Shown piece by piece: positions 38,385-48,186 of a DNA stretch of 64,000 nucleotides. The first letter of the stretch is position 1, and every line of letters starts with the position of its first letter. Where the stretch lies: NCBI GenBank assembly GCA_964510765.1, contig CAZECP010000011.1, positions 2,519-66,518 of the forward strand, written 5' to 3'. The notes below the pieces were generated by a model. The model made no database searches. It saw only the letters and a program-made list of their open reading frames with translations, and had not been told where the DNA came from. Origin of the DNA: an uncultured Ohtaekwangia sp. GTDB lineage: Bacteria; Bacteroidota; Bacteroidia; Cytophagales; Cyclobacteriaceae. A program made the translations under genes and the position numbers.

Positions 38385-39548
38385 ATGGTCATGAAAAAGA
38401 TCTCCGCAGGTAAGTCAATATTGTTGTTGAGCTTCATTCTTTTCATTTCATATGCTTGTCAGAAAGATAACCCGCAACCTGCGTCCAACAACAATAACAA
38501 CACCTCGGCCGATAGTATTTCGGTAAGCAGTTTTTCTCCAGCCCAGCCTTATACCGATGACACATTTATTATTACAGGAAAAAATTTTAATGCGGATGCC
38601 ACCAAAGACACTGTTTATTTTGGCGTGCTCTCAAAAACAAATTTTTTTTCCAGTCACACTTGCACAGTAAAGTCGGCAACTGCCACACAGCTAACAGTGA
38701 TGATCGATTATGATCCAACCAAAAATACCAATCCTGATTTTACGTTGACGAACCCGAGCAACGGTGGTCTCGCAAAAGGTTTTATGATCAAGACCGGAGG
38801 TAAAGTGAAAGTGTTGACTGTTCCTTTTAAAATTCATCCTTCCGTTTATCAAGTGAAGCGTGCTACCCCCAATACAAAAACAAATGGTTATGCAGGCTGT
38901 GTATATGGAAGCCCTATGTTTTACGAAGGGGATTCTGTGCTTCTGGACTTGACAGGGTGCTGCAAGCCCTTTACAATTACATTAAATGACAGGAGCCTCG
39001 TATGGAAGTTCACTGACAAATCAAGCTATGTGCATGCGGCAGCTTTGATTCCAATTGGTTTCTTTGGAGAAGCTGAGCCTGCTGTTGCAGATTGGTGCCC
39101 CACTTATACCGATCCTAAAATCCGTCTTTTGAAATTCAAAGTATCAAATGACGATGGTAAGGTTACTTTGTTCCCTGGGCCCACGTATCAAACCCCGCCC
39201 GTTTATTTTCCCGCACCGAATAGTCAGGTGGTTTCTGTAAGTTTAAATGCAGTAAGTTTTAGTAAAAGCAATCCATCCGCTCAGCCACTTTTCAAAATTA
39301 CAGGTTATGCTTTGCGAAGCACCATGCAAATACGAGTAGCCGCAATGAGAAATGGAGTGCAACTATATAATCAAGTAATCGGAGGCATTCCGGAAGGTTA
39401 CCCAAATGAATATACGCAGGCTGTGGATTTGGGAGCATTGCCTGATCCGCCAACCGGTGGAAGCGACAACTATGTGGTTTCTGTTTTTGTGGATGGCTAT
39501 CCTTATGGAAGTTTATTTGGTGGGGTGCCTTTCACGCTAACGCCTTGA
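38385..39548 (+). CDS. Lipoprotein with an IPT/TIG domain; function unknown
   Basis: Lipobox 'LFISYACQ'. 'ISVSSFSPAQPYTDDTFIITGKNFNADATKDTVYFG' is an IPT/TIG pattern. Confidence 0.65.
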   Translation: MVMKKISAGKSILLLSFILFISYACQKDNPQPASNNNNNTSADSISVSSFSPAQPYTDDTFIITGKNFNADATKDTVYFGVLSKTNFFSSHTCTVKSATATQLTVMIDYDPTKNTNPDFTLTNPSNGGLAKGFMIKTGGKVKVLTVPFKIHPSVYQVKRATPNTKTNGYAGCVYGSPMFYEGDSVLLDLTGCCKPFTITLNDRSLVWKFTDKSSYVHAAALIPIGFFGEAEPAVADWCPTYTDPKIRLLKFKVSNDDGKVTLFPGPTYQTPPVYFPAPNSQVVSVSLNAVSFSKSNPSAQPLFKITGYALRSTMQIRVAAMRNGVQLYNQVIGGIPEGYPNEYTQAVDLGALPDPPTGGSDNYVVSVFVDGYPYGSLFGGVPFTLTP

Positions 39549-39736
39549 AGGAGATTATCGTAAAATCTGTGTGTTGATTTGCTTTGTTGTGTTGAGTACC
39601 ATCGTTTTTTCCAAATTCCAGCCGTTACAAACGGTTAACATTAAAATTAATGTGAGTATCAGGTAGTTGGTAGCTTTTTGCTCGTTTACTTTGTAATGTC
39701 ATCACCCATTCATGGCACACAACCAACCCAACCCAT

Positions 39737-42700
39737 ATGTTCTCATGTTACAGAATCCTTGTTCTATGTTTCATATTTCTTAGTTCGTTTCGGCTTCAGG
39801 CGCAAATCACTAGTAATTTTTCTTCTACTGATGAAGGATGGAAAGTATTAGACGGTAATACAGGGGCAACCACAACTCCTACTTACAATGCCACAGGGGG
39901 AAATCCTGGAGGAAATATTTCATATGGCACCTTAGCAATTAATGCCAATATCTATTTTGTGGCGCCAGCCAAGTTCAATGGCAATCAAAGTTTGTCCTAC
40001 AATCAGAATCTATCGTTCGATCTACTTGTCTCAAATGCCGGGGCAGACAACTCGCAAAGTGATATAGTTATTTCATCGCCAGCAATAAATTTAATCTATC
40101 AAATGCCGACCAAGCCGTCAACCGGCACATGGAATTCCTACTCCATTTTACTGAATGAAACTGCTGCGAACTGGCATGTCGGAAGTTATTTGGGTACTGC
40201 GCCAACCAAAACTCAAATGAAGCAAGCCTTGTCGAATGTAACGAGTATTCAGATACGCTTGAAATACCTCACGTTTAATACTTTTACTTATACAAGCCAA
40301 TTGGATAATGTAGTGTTAAATCAAGTTACAATCCCCTCCAGCCCAACGATCTCATCTTTTTCACCTGCATCAGGATTGCCAGGCACTACCGTAACAATTA
40401 CCGGAACAAATTTTAATTCTACAGTTGCGCAAAACACGGTTTACTTTAATGGAGCCAAAGCCACCGTTGTCAATGCATCAGCCACAAAGCTTACGGTTAA
40501 GTCTCCATCAAAAATTTCTTACGGACCGATTACCGTTATTAACACCACCAACGGCACACAAGCTACCAGCCGCACCAACTTCAATCCATTGTTCGACAAC
40601 AACAAAGATTTTGGCGGCCGTATCATCGCATCTTCTTTTGGAAAATCCGTGAGCATTGGTACACCACCTTCCTTTCAGGTTGGCACAACTGGTTTTAGTA
40701 TTGGTGATTTGGATGGCGATGGCTGGCAAGATGTTCTTACATCACGCACTGATGCAGGAAATATGTACGCCCAGATTCATCGCAATGCACAGCAGACAAG
40801 TGGCATTAGCGCTGCTTCGTTTGCTGCTCCTGTTACATTGAGTTTGCCAAACAGTCCCGCTGGACTAACGGTAGGGCGTGTGGGTCAAACAGCCATTGCC
40901 GATATGGATGGTGATGGAAAGTTGGATGTGATTGTTAATGTTGGTTACAATTCAGGTAATTACGACAACACGTTTATTATATTTTTAAACCAAAGCACTG
41001 CGGGAAATCTCTCTTTCGCCAGCCCATATATTTTTCAGATTGCAGATGCTCAAAATAATAATGAGGGCATCGCTGTGGCCGATATGGATGGTGATGGCAG
41101 ACCAGACATACTCACCGCTTTTCAAAACAGTGCTTGCCAGTTGACTATTCTCCAAAACTTAAGCTCGCCTGGAAATTTAGATTTTGCCTACCCACAAAAT
41201 TTTGCGCAAGGTGTAACTATGGGCATCGATATTTCACTTGGCGATCTGAATGGTGATAATAAGCCCGAAGTGCTGGTGCAAGCTTACTTGAATAGTGCCA
41301 TCAATGTGTATGAAAACAATTCGACAATTGGCAGTATTTCATTGGGCGTACCATTCAAGTTGAATTCAAACACTACTGCAAACATAAAGGTAGCAGACGT
41401 TGACAATGATGGTAAGAACGATATTTTTTTCAGAGACTATGGAGCAGGGGGACCTATTCTATTAAAGAAAAATAATCATAGTACGGGTGCGTTGACGGCC
41501 GCTGATTTTGGTGCTGATATCACGCTAACACAACAAGCAGGCGGAGGTTTAGGCAGCCCTTATTCATACACAACTGCCGCTGATTTAAATGGTGATAACA
41601 AGTTGGATATCATTGCAGCAGATGGTACCAATATTGCAGTCTACCAAAACAATTTTGTATCCGGTGCTATCTCAGCGAGTTCGTTTTATGCAGGCACCAC
41701 GTTTGAGGGCGGCAACAATTCAAACCAATATATATTAACTGCCGATATTGATGGTGACAACAAACCTGAAATTTTGATTAGACCACAATTGGGTGCTGCG
41801 TTTTGGGTTTATCACAATGAAAATTTTCCGGCACCACAAGTCAGTTCTGTTTTACCTTCTGGTGGAAATGCGGGCACAGCTGTTACCCTTACGGGAATTA
41901 ATTTTAACACCTCAACCAGTAGTAATGTGCCGCAAGTGCGCATGGGTGGAATAGTGACCACTGGCACGAGCTTAACAAATACTTCAGTAAACACTACGTT
42001 GCCTTTGGGTGTTGTGTCACCTCGTGCACAAGTTACAGAGCACGGGCTTGTTGGTTTCAGCAAACCATATTCAACCACCTTCAATGGTGCACAGGTTATC
42101 AATGCTACTTCGTTTTCGTTAGCGGCAGATTTGCCAATGGTGGGTAATGGAAATTATGGATTGGTGGTGGCCGATTTTGATGATGATGGCAAACCGGATA
42201 TTGTTGCCAACGATAATTTTAGCCCAACGCGTGTCTTTCAAAATGTACTTCCATCGGCAGGTGCCAATCTTACCAACACAAGTTTCAGCTTAGCATCATC
42301 ACTTGCTTCAACAACCATTTCAATGGCGGCTGGCGATTTTAATGGAGATGGAAAAATAGATTTGGTAGCGCCTAACAATTTGTTTAGAAACAACAGCGCT
42401 GCGCTACCATCCTTTGCAGCCAGCGTAGGTATCAACCTGCAAAATGCGAATGGCATTATATCAAATCATGATTTTAATTTGGATGGCAAGCCCGACCTTG
42501 CTTCTCTTAACAATGCACAAATATGGGTGTTCGAAAACCTTACGCGCAATGGAGCCTTTACCTATGCTTCAACATTCGAATCATTTGCAACGAGTGGCGT
42601 GCCCCCCACACAACTTACCGTTACAGGTACTACGAGCACAAGCGCCACCAGCTTTGGTCACAGCATGGAATCTTTTGATGCCGATGGTGATGGTTTCGAT

Positions 42701-44674
42701 GATTTACTATTGGGAATAACCAGCACTACTTCGAGCTTAACGGTTTATCCTAACTCCGGGCAAAAAGGCGCGATTACTGCATCACAATTTTCTGCTCCAA
42801 TAACTTTCGCATCAAACGGCACGCCTTCGCGCATAGCTTCTGCTGATTTTGATGGTGATGGAAAAATTGATGTGGCACTTTCTTACAATTCAGGATCGGT
42901 GATTTCCATTTTCAAAAATCAAAGCACAGTGGGTGCCATTTCATTTGCAGCCAAGCAAGACATTACTGCCGGTGCCGGCATTTACGACATGGTGACGAGA
43001 GATCTAGATGGCGATGGCAAACCGGAAATAATCACCACCAACTATGTAGCCGGTGTGAGTACTTCTTTTTCTGTTTTCAAAAACACCAGCGCAGGTTCTA
43101 TTTCATTTACAGCTCCCGTAACTTTTTCATTAACCTCGGGAAGAGTTCCTTACAACTTGGAGGTGGCCGATTTTAATTTGGATGGTAAACCGGATATTGT
43201 AATCCGTGGAAGTGGATCAACTACCAATTTTGTTTCAGTATTTCAGAATAATATACCAACCGTTTCAATTACTGTCGATACCCAACCAAGTCCCTCAACT
43301 GTTTGTGATGGAGTGTCTGCACAGTTCACCACATCTGCATCAGGTACTACCAATATTACTTATCAATGGCAATATTCTTCGGACGGAGTTGTTCCGTTCG
43401 CTGACGTAACAAACACGGGAGGATATTTGAATGTAACCACATCGGCACTTACGATTAATAGCGCTGGAAATTTTGGTGCAGGCGTTTATCGATGCAAGAT
43501 TAGTGGAGATTTTGCAGCTTCGGTTTTCACAAATACAGTTTCATTTACAGTAAACGCATTGCCCGCAGCACCATCTGCGACTGATGGAAATGACTGTGGA
43601 CCGGGAAGCGTAACATTGGTAGCCTCTGGAGGTAGCAACGGACAATATATTTGGTATGATCAGAACGGTGTGATAGCAGGACAAATTAACAACACATACG
43701 TAACACCTGTCATTGCTGCAACAACCCAATATTCGGTTGCCATTACCAATGGAACTTGTGTTAGCACAAAAACAAACGTGCAGGCGGTGATACTTACGGT
43801 TGGTTGTGCAACAATAAATATCACCGCTCAGCCTTCTGATTTCATCGCGTGCGCAGGTGATATTGCAACATTTTCTGCGACAGTAACAGGCACAACCAAC
43901 ATCACCTATCAGTGGCAATTTTCTTCTGACAACGGAGTTACGTTTTCGGATGTTACGAATGGTGGAGGATATTCGAATGTAACCACTTCAACTTTGAGCG
44001 TAAACACGACTGGCAATTTTGGAGTTGGCCGTTATCGTTGTAAAATAAATGGTGATTTTGCCACTACTGTTTTTACAAATGATGAAGGATTGTTCATCAA
44101 TTCAAATAATTGTGCAAAGCCGGTGATTACTGCCGAGCAATTGGCTACCCAGATCGGAGGCAAAGTAATTGTTGACTTAAAGCCGTTGATTACAACTGCT
44201 AACCTTGACCTTACCTCTCTTCAAATAATTTCTCCGCCTTCGAGTGGAGCGACTGCCAGTATAGATGCAAATGGAATCCTCACGATTGACTATGCAGGTA
44301 AAGCCTTTGCGGGGCAAGAAAATATCACAATCAAAGCTTGCGACCAGAATGGCCAATGCTCTACACAGGATTTTAATATTGATGTAGCTGGAGATATCAT
44401 TGTTTACAACGGTATTTCTCCAAATGGTGCAAATCCAAAACTTGTCTTGCAGTATATCGAAATATTGCCCGACACCAAGAATAATTCTGTTTACATATTT
44501 GATCGATGGGAAAATTTGGTATGGCATGGAGATAACTACAACAACGACTCGGTAGTATTCACAGGTTTGAATGATGGGGGAAGTTCATTGCCTTCAGGAG
44601 TTTATTTTTATAAGATCGATTTTGCGAGCGGAAAAAAATCCAAAACCGGGTTCATTTCTTTGAGGAGACAGTAG
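39737..44674 (+). CDS. Giant (1645-aa) secreted FG-GAP/VCBS-repeat protein with IPT/TIG and Ig-like domains and a T9SS type-B (gliding-motility-associated) C-terminal sorting domain
   Basis: Signal peptide. Two IPT/TIG domains ('SFSPASGLPGTTVTITGTNF', 'VLPSGGNAGTAVTLTGINF'). Fourteen D-x-[DN]-x-D-G-x-x-D Ca-binding FG-GAP loops. Two 'TNITYQWQ[YF]SSD' Ig-like modules. C-terminal 'YNGISPNGANPKL...IFDRWENLVWHG...LPSGVYFYKI'. Confidence 0.85.
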   Translation: MFSCYRILVLCFIFLSSFRLQAQITSNFSSTDEGWKVLDGNTGATTTPTYNATGGNPGGNISYGTLAINANIYFVAPAKFNGNQSLSYNQNLSFDLLVSNAGADNSQSDIVISSPAINLIYQMPTKPSTGTWNSYSILLNETAANWHVGSYLGTAPTKTQMKQALSNVTSIQIRLKYLTFNTFTYTSQLDNVVLNQVTIPSSPTISSFSPASGLPGTTVTITGTNFNSTVAQNTVYFNGAKATVVNASATKLTVKSPSKISYGPITVINTTNGTQATSRTNFNPLFDNNKDFGGRIIASSFGKSVSIGTPPSFQVGTTGFSIGDLDGDGWQDVLTSRTDAGNMYAQIHRNAQQTSGISAASFAAPVTLSLPNSPAGLTVGRVGQTAIADMDGDGKLDVIVNVGYNSGNYDNTFIIFLNQSTAGNLSFASPYIFQIADAQNNNEGIAVADMDGDGRPDILTAFQNSACQLTILQNLSSPGNLDFAYPQNFAQGVTMGIDISLGDLNGDNKPEVLVQAYLNSAINVYENNSTIGSISLGVPFKLNSNTTANIKVADVDNDGKNDIFFRDYGAGGPILLKKNNHSTGALTAADFGADITLTQQAGGGLGSPYSYTTAADLNGDNKLDIIAADGTNIAVYQNNFVSGAISASSFYAGTTFEGGNNSNQYILTADIDGDNKPEILIRPQLGAAFWVYHNENFPAPQVSSVLPSGGNAGTAVTLTGINFNTSTSSNVPQVRMGGIVTTGTSLTNTSVNTTLPLGVVSPRAQVTEHGLVGFSKPYSTTFNGAQVINATSFSLAADLPMVGNGNYGLVVADFDDDGKPDIVANDNFSPTRVFQNVLPSAGANLTNTSFSLASSLASTTISMAAGDFNGDGKIDLVAPNNLFRNNSAALPSFAASVGINLQNANGIISNHDFNLDGKPDLASLNNAQIWVFENLTRNGAFTYASTFESFATSGVPPTQLTVTGTTSTSATSFGHSMESFDADGDGFDDLLLGITSTTSSLTVYPNSGQKGAITASQFSAPITFASNGTPSRIASADFDGDGKIDVALSYNSGSVISIFKNQSTVGAISFAAKQDITAGAGIYDMVTRDLDGDGKPEIITTNYVAGVSTSFSVFKNTSAGSISFTAPVTFSLTSGRVPYNLEVADFNLDGKPDIVIRGSGSTTNFVSVFQNNIPTVSITVDTQPSPSTVCDGVSAQFTTSASGTTNITYQWQYSSDGVVPFADVTNTGGYLNVTTSALTINSAGNFGAGVYRCKISGDFAASVFTNTVSFTVNALPAAPSATDGNDCGPGSVTLVASGGSNGQYIWYDQNGVIAGQINNTYVTPVIAATTQYSVAITNGTCVSTKTNVQAVILTVGCATINITAQPSDFIACAGDIATFSATVTGTTNITYQWQFSSDNGVTFSDVTNGGGYSNVTTSTLSVNTTGNFGVGRYRCKINGDFATTVFTNDEGLFINSNNCAKPVITAEQLATQIGGKVIVDLKPLITTANLDLTSLQIISPPSSGATASIDANGILTIDYAGKAFAGQENITIKACDQNGQCSTQDFNIDVAGDIIVYNGISPNGANPKLVLQYIEILPDTKNNSVYIFDRWENLVWHGDNYNNDSVVFTGLNDGGSSLPSGVYFYKIDFASGKKSKTGFISLRRQ
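44117..44671 (+). repeat. Copy 1 of a shared 185-aa C-terminal cassette (Big_9/cadherin-like Ig domain plus T9SS type-B CTD)
   Basis: It aligns without gaps to 47592..48146. My hand count gives 148/185 identical residues. Confidence 0.8.
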
Positions 44675-44765
44675 TGTATTGACACAATTCATTAGTTATG
44701 GACTTTGTATCGTTGAATGGTGTCAATGTATTTTATATCTTCCGATATAATTGAAAAAAAAATAG

Positions 44766-47700
44766 ATGAACCCTTTAAAACAAACTCTGCTGTCTTTCAT
44801 GGAACACAAAAGGCAATTCCTTTTCTCTTTGATAGGGTTTTGCTTTCTGTTTTTACCTATCCTCTCTTCCGCTCAATACACAAAACTGCTTGACTTCGGA
44901 AGCACATCCAAAGGCACGAATCCTTACAGTGCGCCTATTTCGGATGGAACATTTTTATATGGGATGACCACCAGCGGAGGAGCCAACAACCTTGGAACAA
45001 TTTATAAAATCAAAACCGATGGTACCGGCTTCTCAAAGCTATTGGACTTTGATGGAAACAATGGGAGCAATCCATATGGTTCACTTTATTCCGATGGAAC
45101 TTTCCTGTATGGCACTACCTATTCTGGCGGCACAAATAGTCAGGGAACAATCTTCAAATTGAAAACGGATGGCTCAGGATATACAAAACTGTTTGACTTT
45201 GCTTATGCGACAACCGGAGGATTCCCCTACGGTTCATTGATTTCCGATGGCACTTTTCTTTATGGAACAACAAGTCAAGGCGGATCAAAAACATACGGAA
45301 CTGTATTCAAAATAAAAACGGATGGCAGTGGTTTTTTGAAACTTCTGGAATTTGATGGTACTACCAATGGTGGACTTCCTTATGGTTCACTTTACAGCGA
45401 TGGCACTTTTCTTTATGGAACCACAAGTGGACAGTATTTGTCTTTTGGCACCATCTTCAAAGTTCAAACAGATGGAACAAACGCTTCCACAATTTATCAG
45501 TTTACAGGTTCAAACACCCATCCATTTGGAGGGCTGGTCTCAGACGGAACATTTTTATATGGCATGACAAACGGAATAAGTAGTGGTTTCTCTGAGTATG
45601 GAACAATGTTTAAGATCATGCCTGATGGAACCAACTTTTCTGTCATAGTTAATTTTAATAACAATTCACCGGGCGCCACTCCCAAAGGCTCTCTCACTTA
45701 TGACGGTACTTATTTGTATGGAACAACAACCGACTATGGAGCAAATAGCCGGGGAACAATTTTCAAAGTAAAAACAGACGGCAGCGGGCTCACCAAACTT
45801 CTTGACAATAATATTGGAACGAATGGGTCAGCTCCTGAAGGCACTTTGCTTTTAAGTGGCGGTGTGTTGTATGGCGTGAAGTCAGGGTTCGGAGCAGGAG
45901 TTGCACCTTTCCTTCCAGGAACAATTTTCAAGATCAACACGGATGGCAGCAATTATACCAAACTATTTTTCTTTGACACAGAAGGAAACAGCCCGAACGG
46001 TTCACTTTATTCTGATGGTACATTTCTTTATGGAATGACAAACCAAGGTGGGATTTATAACTATGGAACCATTTTCAAAGTCAAGACGGATGGAACGAGC
46101 TTTCAAAGGTTGTATGATTTTGATTTGACCAATGGTAGATTACCATTCGGGTCTCTTGTCTCTGATGGTACATTTCTTTATGGAATGACGAACCAAGGAG
46201 GAACAAACGATGGAGGAGTTGTCTTCAAAATAAAAAAGGACGGAACGAATTTCTCTAAACTGCTCGATTTTGATATCACAAACACAGGAGGCTATCCGCG
46301 TGCGTCATTGTACAGTGATGGAACATTTCTTTATGGAATGACTAACAATGGTGGAGTTAATTCTGCTGGAACGATTTTCAAAATCAAGCCGGATGGTTCT
46401 TCGTATGCCAAGCTACTTGATTTTGATAATGCAACCACAGGAGGCTATCCGTATGGCTCATTATTAAGCGATGGAGTATTTCTTTATGGAACTACCACAT
46501 CAGGAGGAGCTAACGGCAATGGAACAATTTTCAAAATAAAACCCGATGGCAGCAGCTTCACAAATATCCTTGATTTGGAATACACTAGTAGCGGAAACTA
46601 TCCTGCTGGCGACCTTGCCTATGATGGCACCTTCTTGTTCGCACTGTCATCAGGTGGCGGATCAAATGATTCAGGAACAATCATAAAAATAAAACCCGAT
46701 GGAACTGGCTTCGCAAAGTTGTTTGACTTTAACGATTACACAGGAAGCACTCCTTATGGTTCGCTCATTTTAAACGGAGCGTATTTTTATGGAATGTGTC
46801 AGAATGGTGGATCAAATGGTTTGGGCACAACATTCAGGATTAAACCCGATGGGACCGGATTTCAAAAGATGCTTGATCTTGCCGATGGAAGCCATCCGCA
46901 AGGCTCGCTTATTTCGGACGGAACTTTTCTTTATGGAATGACAGCGGGCGGAGGTATAAATGGTCTTGGGACTTTATTTAAGACCACGCTGACTCCATTC
47001 ATTTCAATTTCAAATTTCTCACCACAGGATGCAGTGGAGGGAACTTATATCACGATCAATGGGATTGGCTTCAATCCAACATTTGCCAACAACGTAGTTA
47101 CTTTCAATGGCACATCAGCAGTTGTTGTTTCCGGAACCGATTCAACCTTAGTTGCTATCGTACCTGTAGGAGCGACCACAGGTCCAATTTCTGTGACTTC
47201 AGGTTCAACCGGCACAAGCGCATTTGATTTTATTATTGACACGGATGCAGTGATGGTGGATGTCACCGTTCAAAATTGCAATGTTAATTTTTTGCCACCT
47301 ACGTATGACTATATAAGAAGCCGCAACTACATGGCAACTGAAACCTTCATACCTGTTAACCCAACTGATAAAGTGAAAATATCTTTTTCATCGATTAATA
47401 TGCAGGGTGATGCTTTGTATGTATATGATGGCCCAACTTCTTCCTCTCCTTTACTTGCCACTTTAGATAACACCAATTCGCCAGTGGATATCATAGCGAC
47501 CGGAGTGGGCGGAGAATTGACTTTTGTTTATCAATGGGGTGATGGCACAACAGATTGGCAAGCGACTATCACGTGCGTTTCTGCAAGTGGTGCTCCTGTG
47601 ATTACAACCCAATCCCTGGCAACCCAGATTGGAGGAAAAATTACTCTTGACTTAAAACCCCTTATAACAACCCCCAGCCTGGATTTGGCTTCGCTCCAAG

Positions 47701-48149
47701 TTGTAACGCCACCATCCAGTGGGGCCACTGCAAGCATTGATGCAAACGGTATTCTCACGATTGACTACAATGGGAAATTATTTGCAGGAACAGAACAGGT
47801 CACCATTCAGGCATGCGATGCAAACGGCCAATGTTCGCAACAAACTTTTAATATTGAAGTGGTGGGTGATATTGTGGTTTATAATGGTGTATCGCCAAAT
47901 GGAGCTAATCCGAAATTAGTTATCCAATACATTGATGTATTGCCGGACACTAAGGCAAATAATGTTTACATCTTTGATCGTTGGGAAAATTTGGTGTGGC
48001 ACGGAAATAATTACAACAATGACTCGGTAGTGTTCACCGGATCAAGCGATGGAGGAAGCTCACTTCCCTCCGGAGTATATTTTTACAAAATCGATTTTGT
48101 CAGCGGAAGAAAATCCAAAACCGGATTCATCGCATTGAGGAGGCAATAA
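44766..48149 (+). CDS. Giant (1127-aa) GloVer tandem-repeat protein with IPT/TIG, a CUB-like domain and a T9SS type-B C-terminal sorting domain
   Basis: Fourteen repeats of about 48-50 aa each, of the form '..DGT.F..L.DF....G..P.GSL.SDGTFLYGMT..GG....GTIFKIK.DG', which is the GloVer choice-of-anchor repeat pattern. 'SNFSPQDAVEGTYITINGIGF' is IPT/TIG. 'ALYVYDGPTSSSPLLATL...LTFVY' is CUB-like. The C-terminal cassette is the same as in the previous gene. Confidence 0.85.
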   Translation: MNPLKQTLLSFMEHKRQFLFSLIGFCFLFLPILSSAQYTKLLDFGSTSKGTNPYSAPISDGTFLYGMTTSGGANNLGTIYKIKTDGTGFSKLLDFDGNNGSNPYGSLYSDGTFLYGTTYSGGTNSQGTIFKLKTDGSGYTKLFDFAYATTGGFPYGSLISDGTFLYGTTSQGGSKTYGTVFKIKTDGSGFLKLLEFDGTTNGGLPYGSLYSDGTFLYGTTSGQYLSFGTIFKVQTDGTNASTIYQFTGSNTHPFGGLVSDGTFLYGMTNGISSGFSEYGTMFKIMPDGTNFSVIVNFNNNSPGATPKGSLTYDGTYLYGTTTDYGANSRGTIFKVKTDGSGLTKLLDNNIGTNGSAPEGTLLLSGGVLYGVKSGFGAGVAPFLPGTIFKINTDGSNYTKLFFFDTEGNSPNGSLYSDGTFLYGMTNQGGIYNYGTIFKVKTDGTSFQRLYDFDLTNGRLPFGSLVSDGTFLYGMTNQGGTNDGGVVFKIKKDGTNFSKLLDFDITNTGGYPRASLYSDGTFLYGMTNNGGVNSAGTIFKIKPDGSSYAKLLDFDNATTGGYPYGSLLSDGVFLYGTTTSGGANGNGTIFKIKPDGSSFTNILDLEYTSSGNYPAGDLAYDGTFLFALSSGGGSNDSGTIIKIKPDGTGFAKLFDFNDYTGSTPYGSLILNGAYFYGMCQNGGSNGLGTTFRIKPDGTGFQKMLDLADGSHPQGSLISDGTFLYGMTAGGGINGLGTLFKTTLTPFISISNFSPQDAVEGTYITINGIGFNPTFANNVVTFNGTSAVVVSGTDSTLVAIVPVGATTGPISVTSGSTGTSAFDFIIDTDAVMVDVTVQNCNVNFLPPTYDYIRSRNYMATETFIPVNPTDKVKISFSSINMQGDALYVYDGPTSSSPLLATLDNTNSPVDIIATGVGGELTFVYQWGDGTTDWQATITCVSASGAPVITTQSLATQIGGKITLDLKPLITTPSLDLASLQVVTPPSSGATASIDANGILTIDYNGKLFAGTEQVTIQACDANGQCSQQTFNIEVVGDIVVYNGVSPNGANPKLVIQYIDVLPDTKANNVYIFDRWENLVWHGNNYNNDSVVFTGSSDGGSSLPSGVYFYKIDFVSGRKSKTGFIALRRQ
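47592..48146 (+). repeat. Copy 2 of the shared 185-aa C-terminal cassette
   Basis: See copy 1. Identical peptide stretches such as PPSSGATASIDANGILTIDY are encoded with many synonymous differences. Confidence 0.8.
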
Positions 48150-48186
48150 AATCTCTAACCAACACACAACAAAAGAAAACAATCCC

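Noticed and set aside
44874-46990. Regular repeat of about 145-150 nt that could look like a repeat array or CRISPR-like periodicity
   Set aside because: The repeats are in-frame coding GloVer units within one long ORF. They diverge at the DNA level and have no short conserved direct repeats separated by unique spacers. No cas genes are present in the window.
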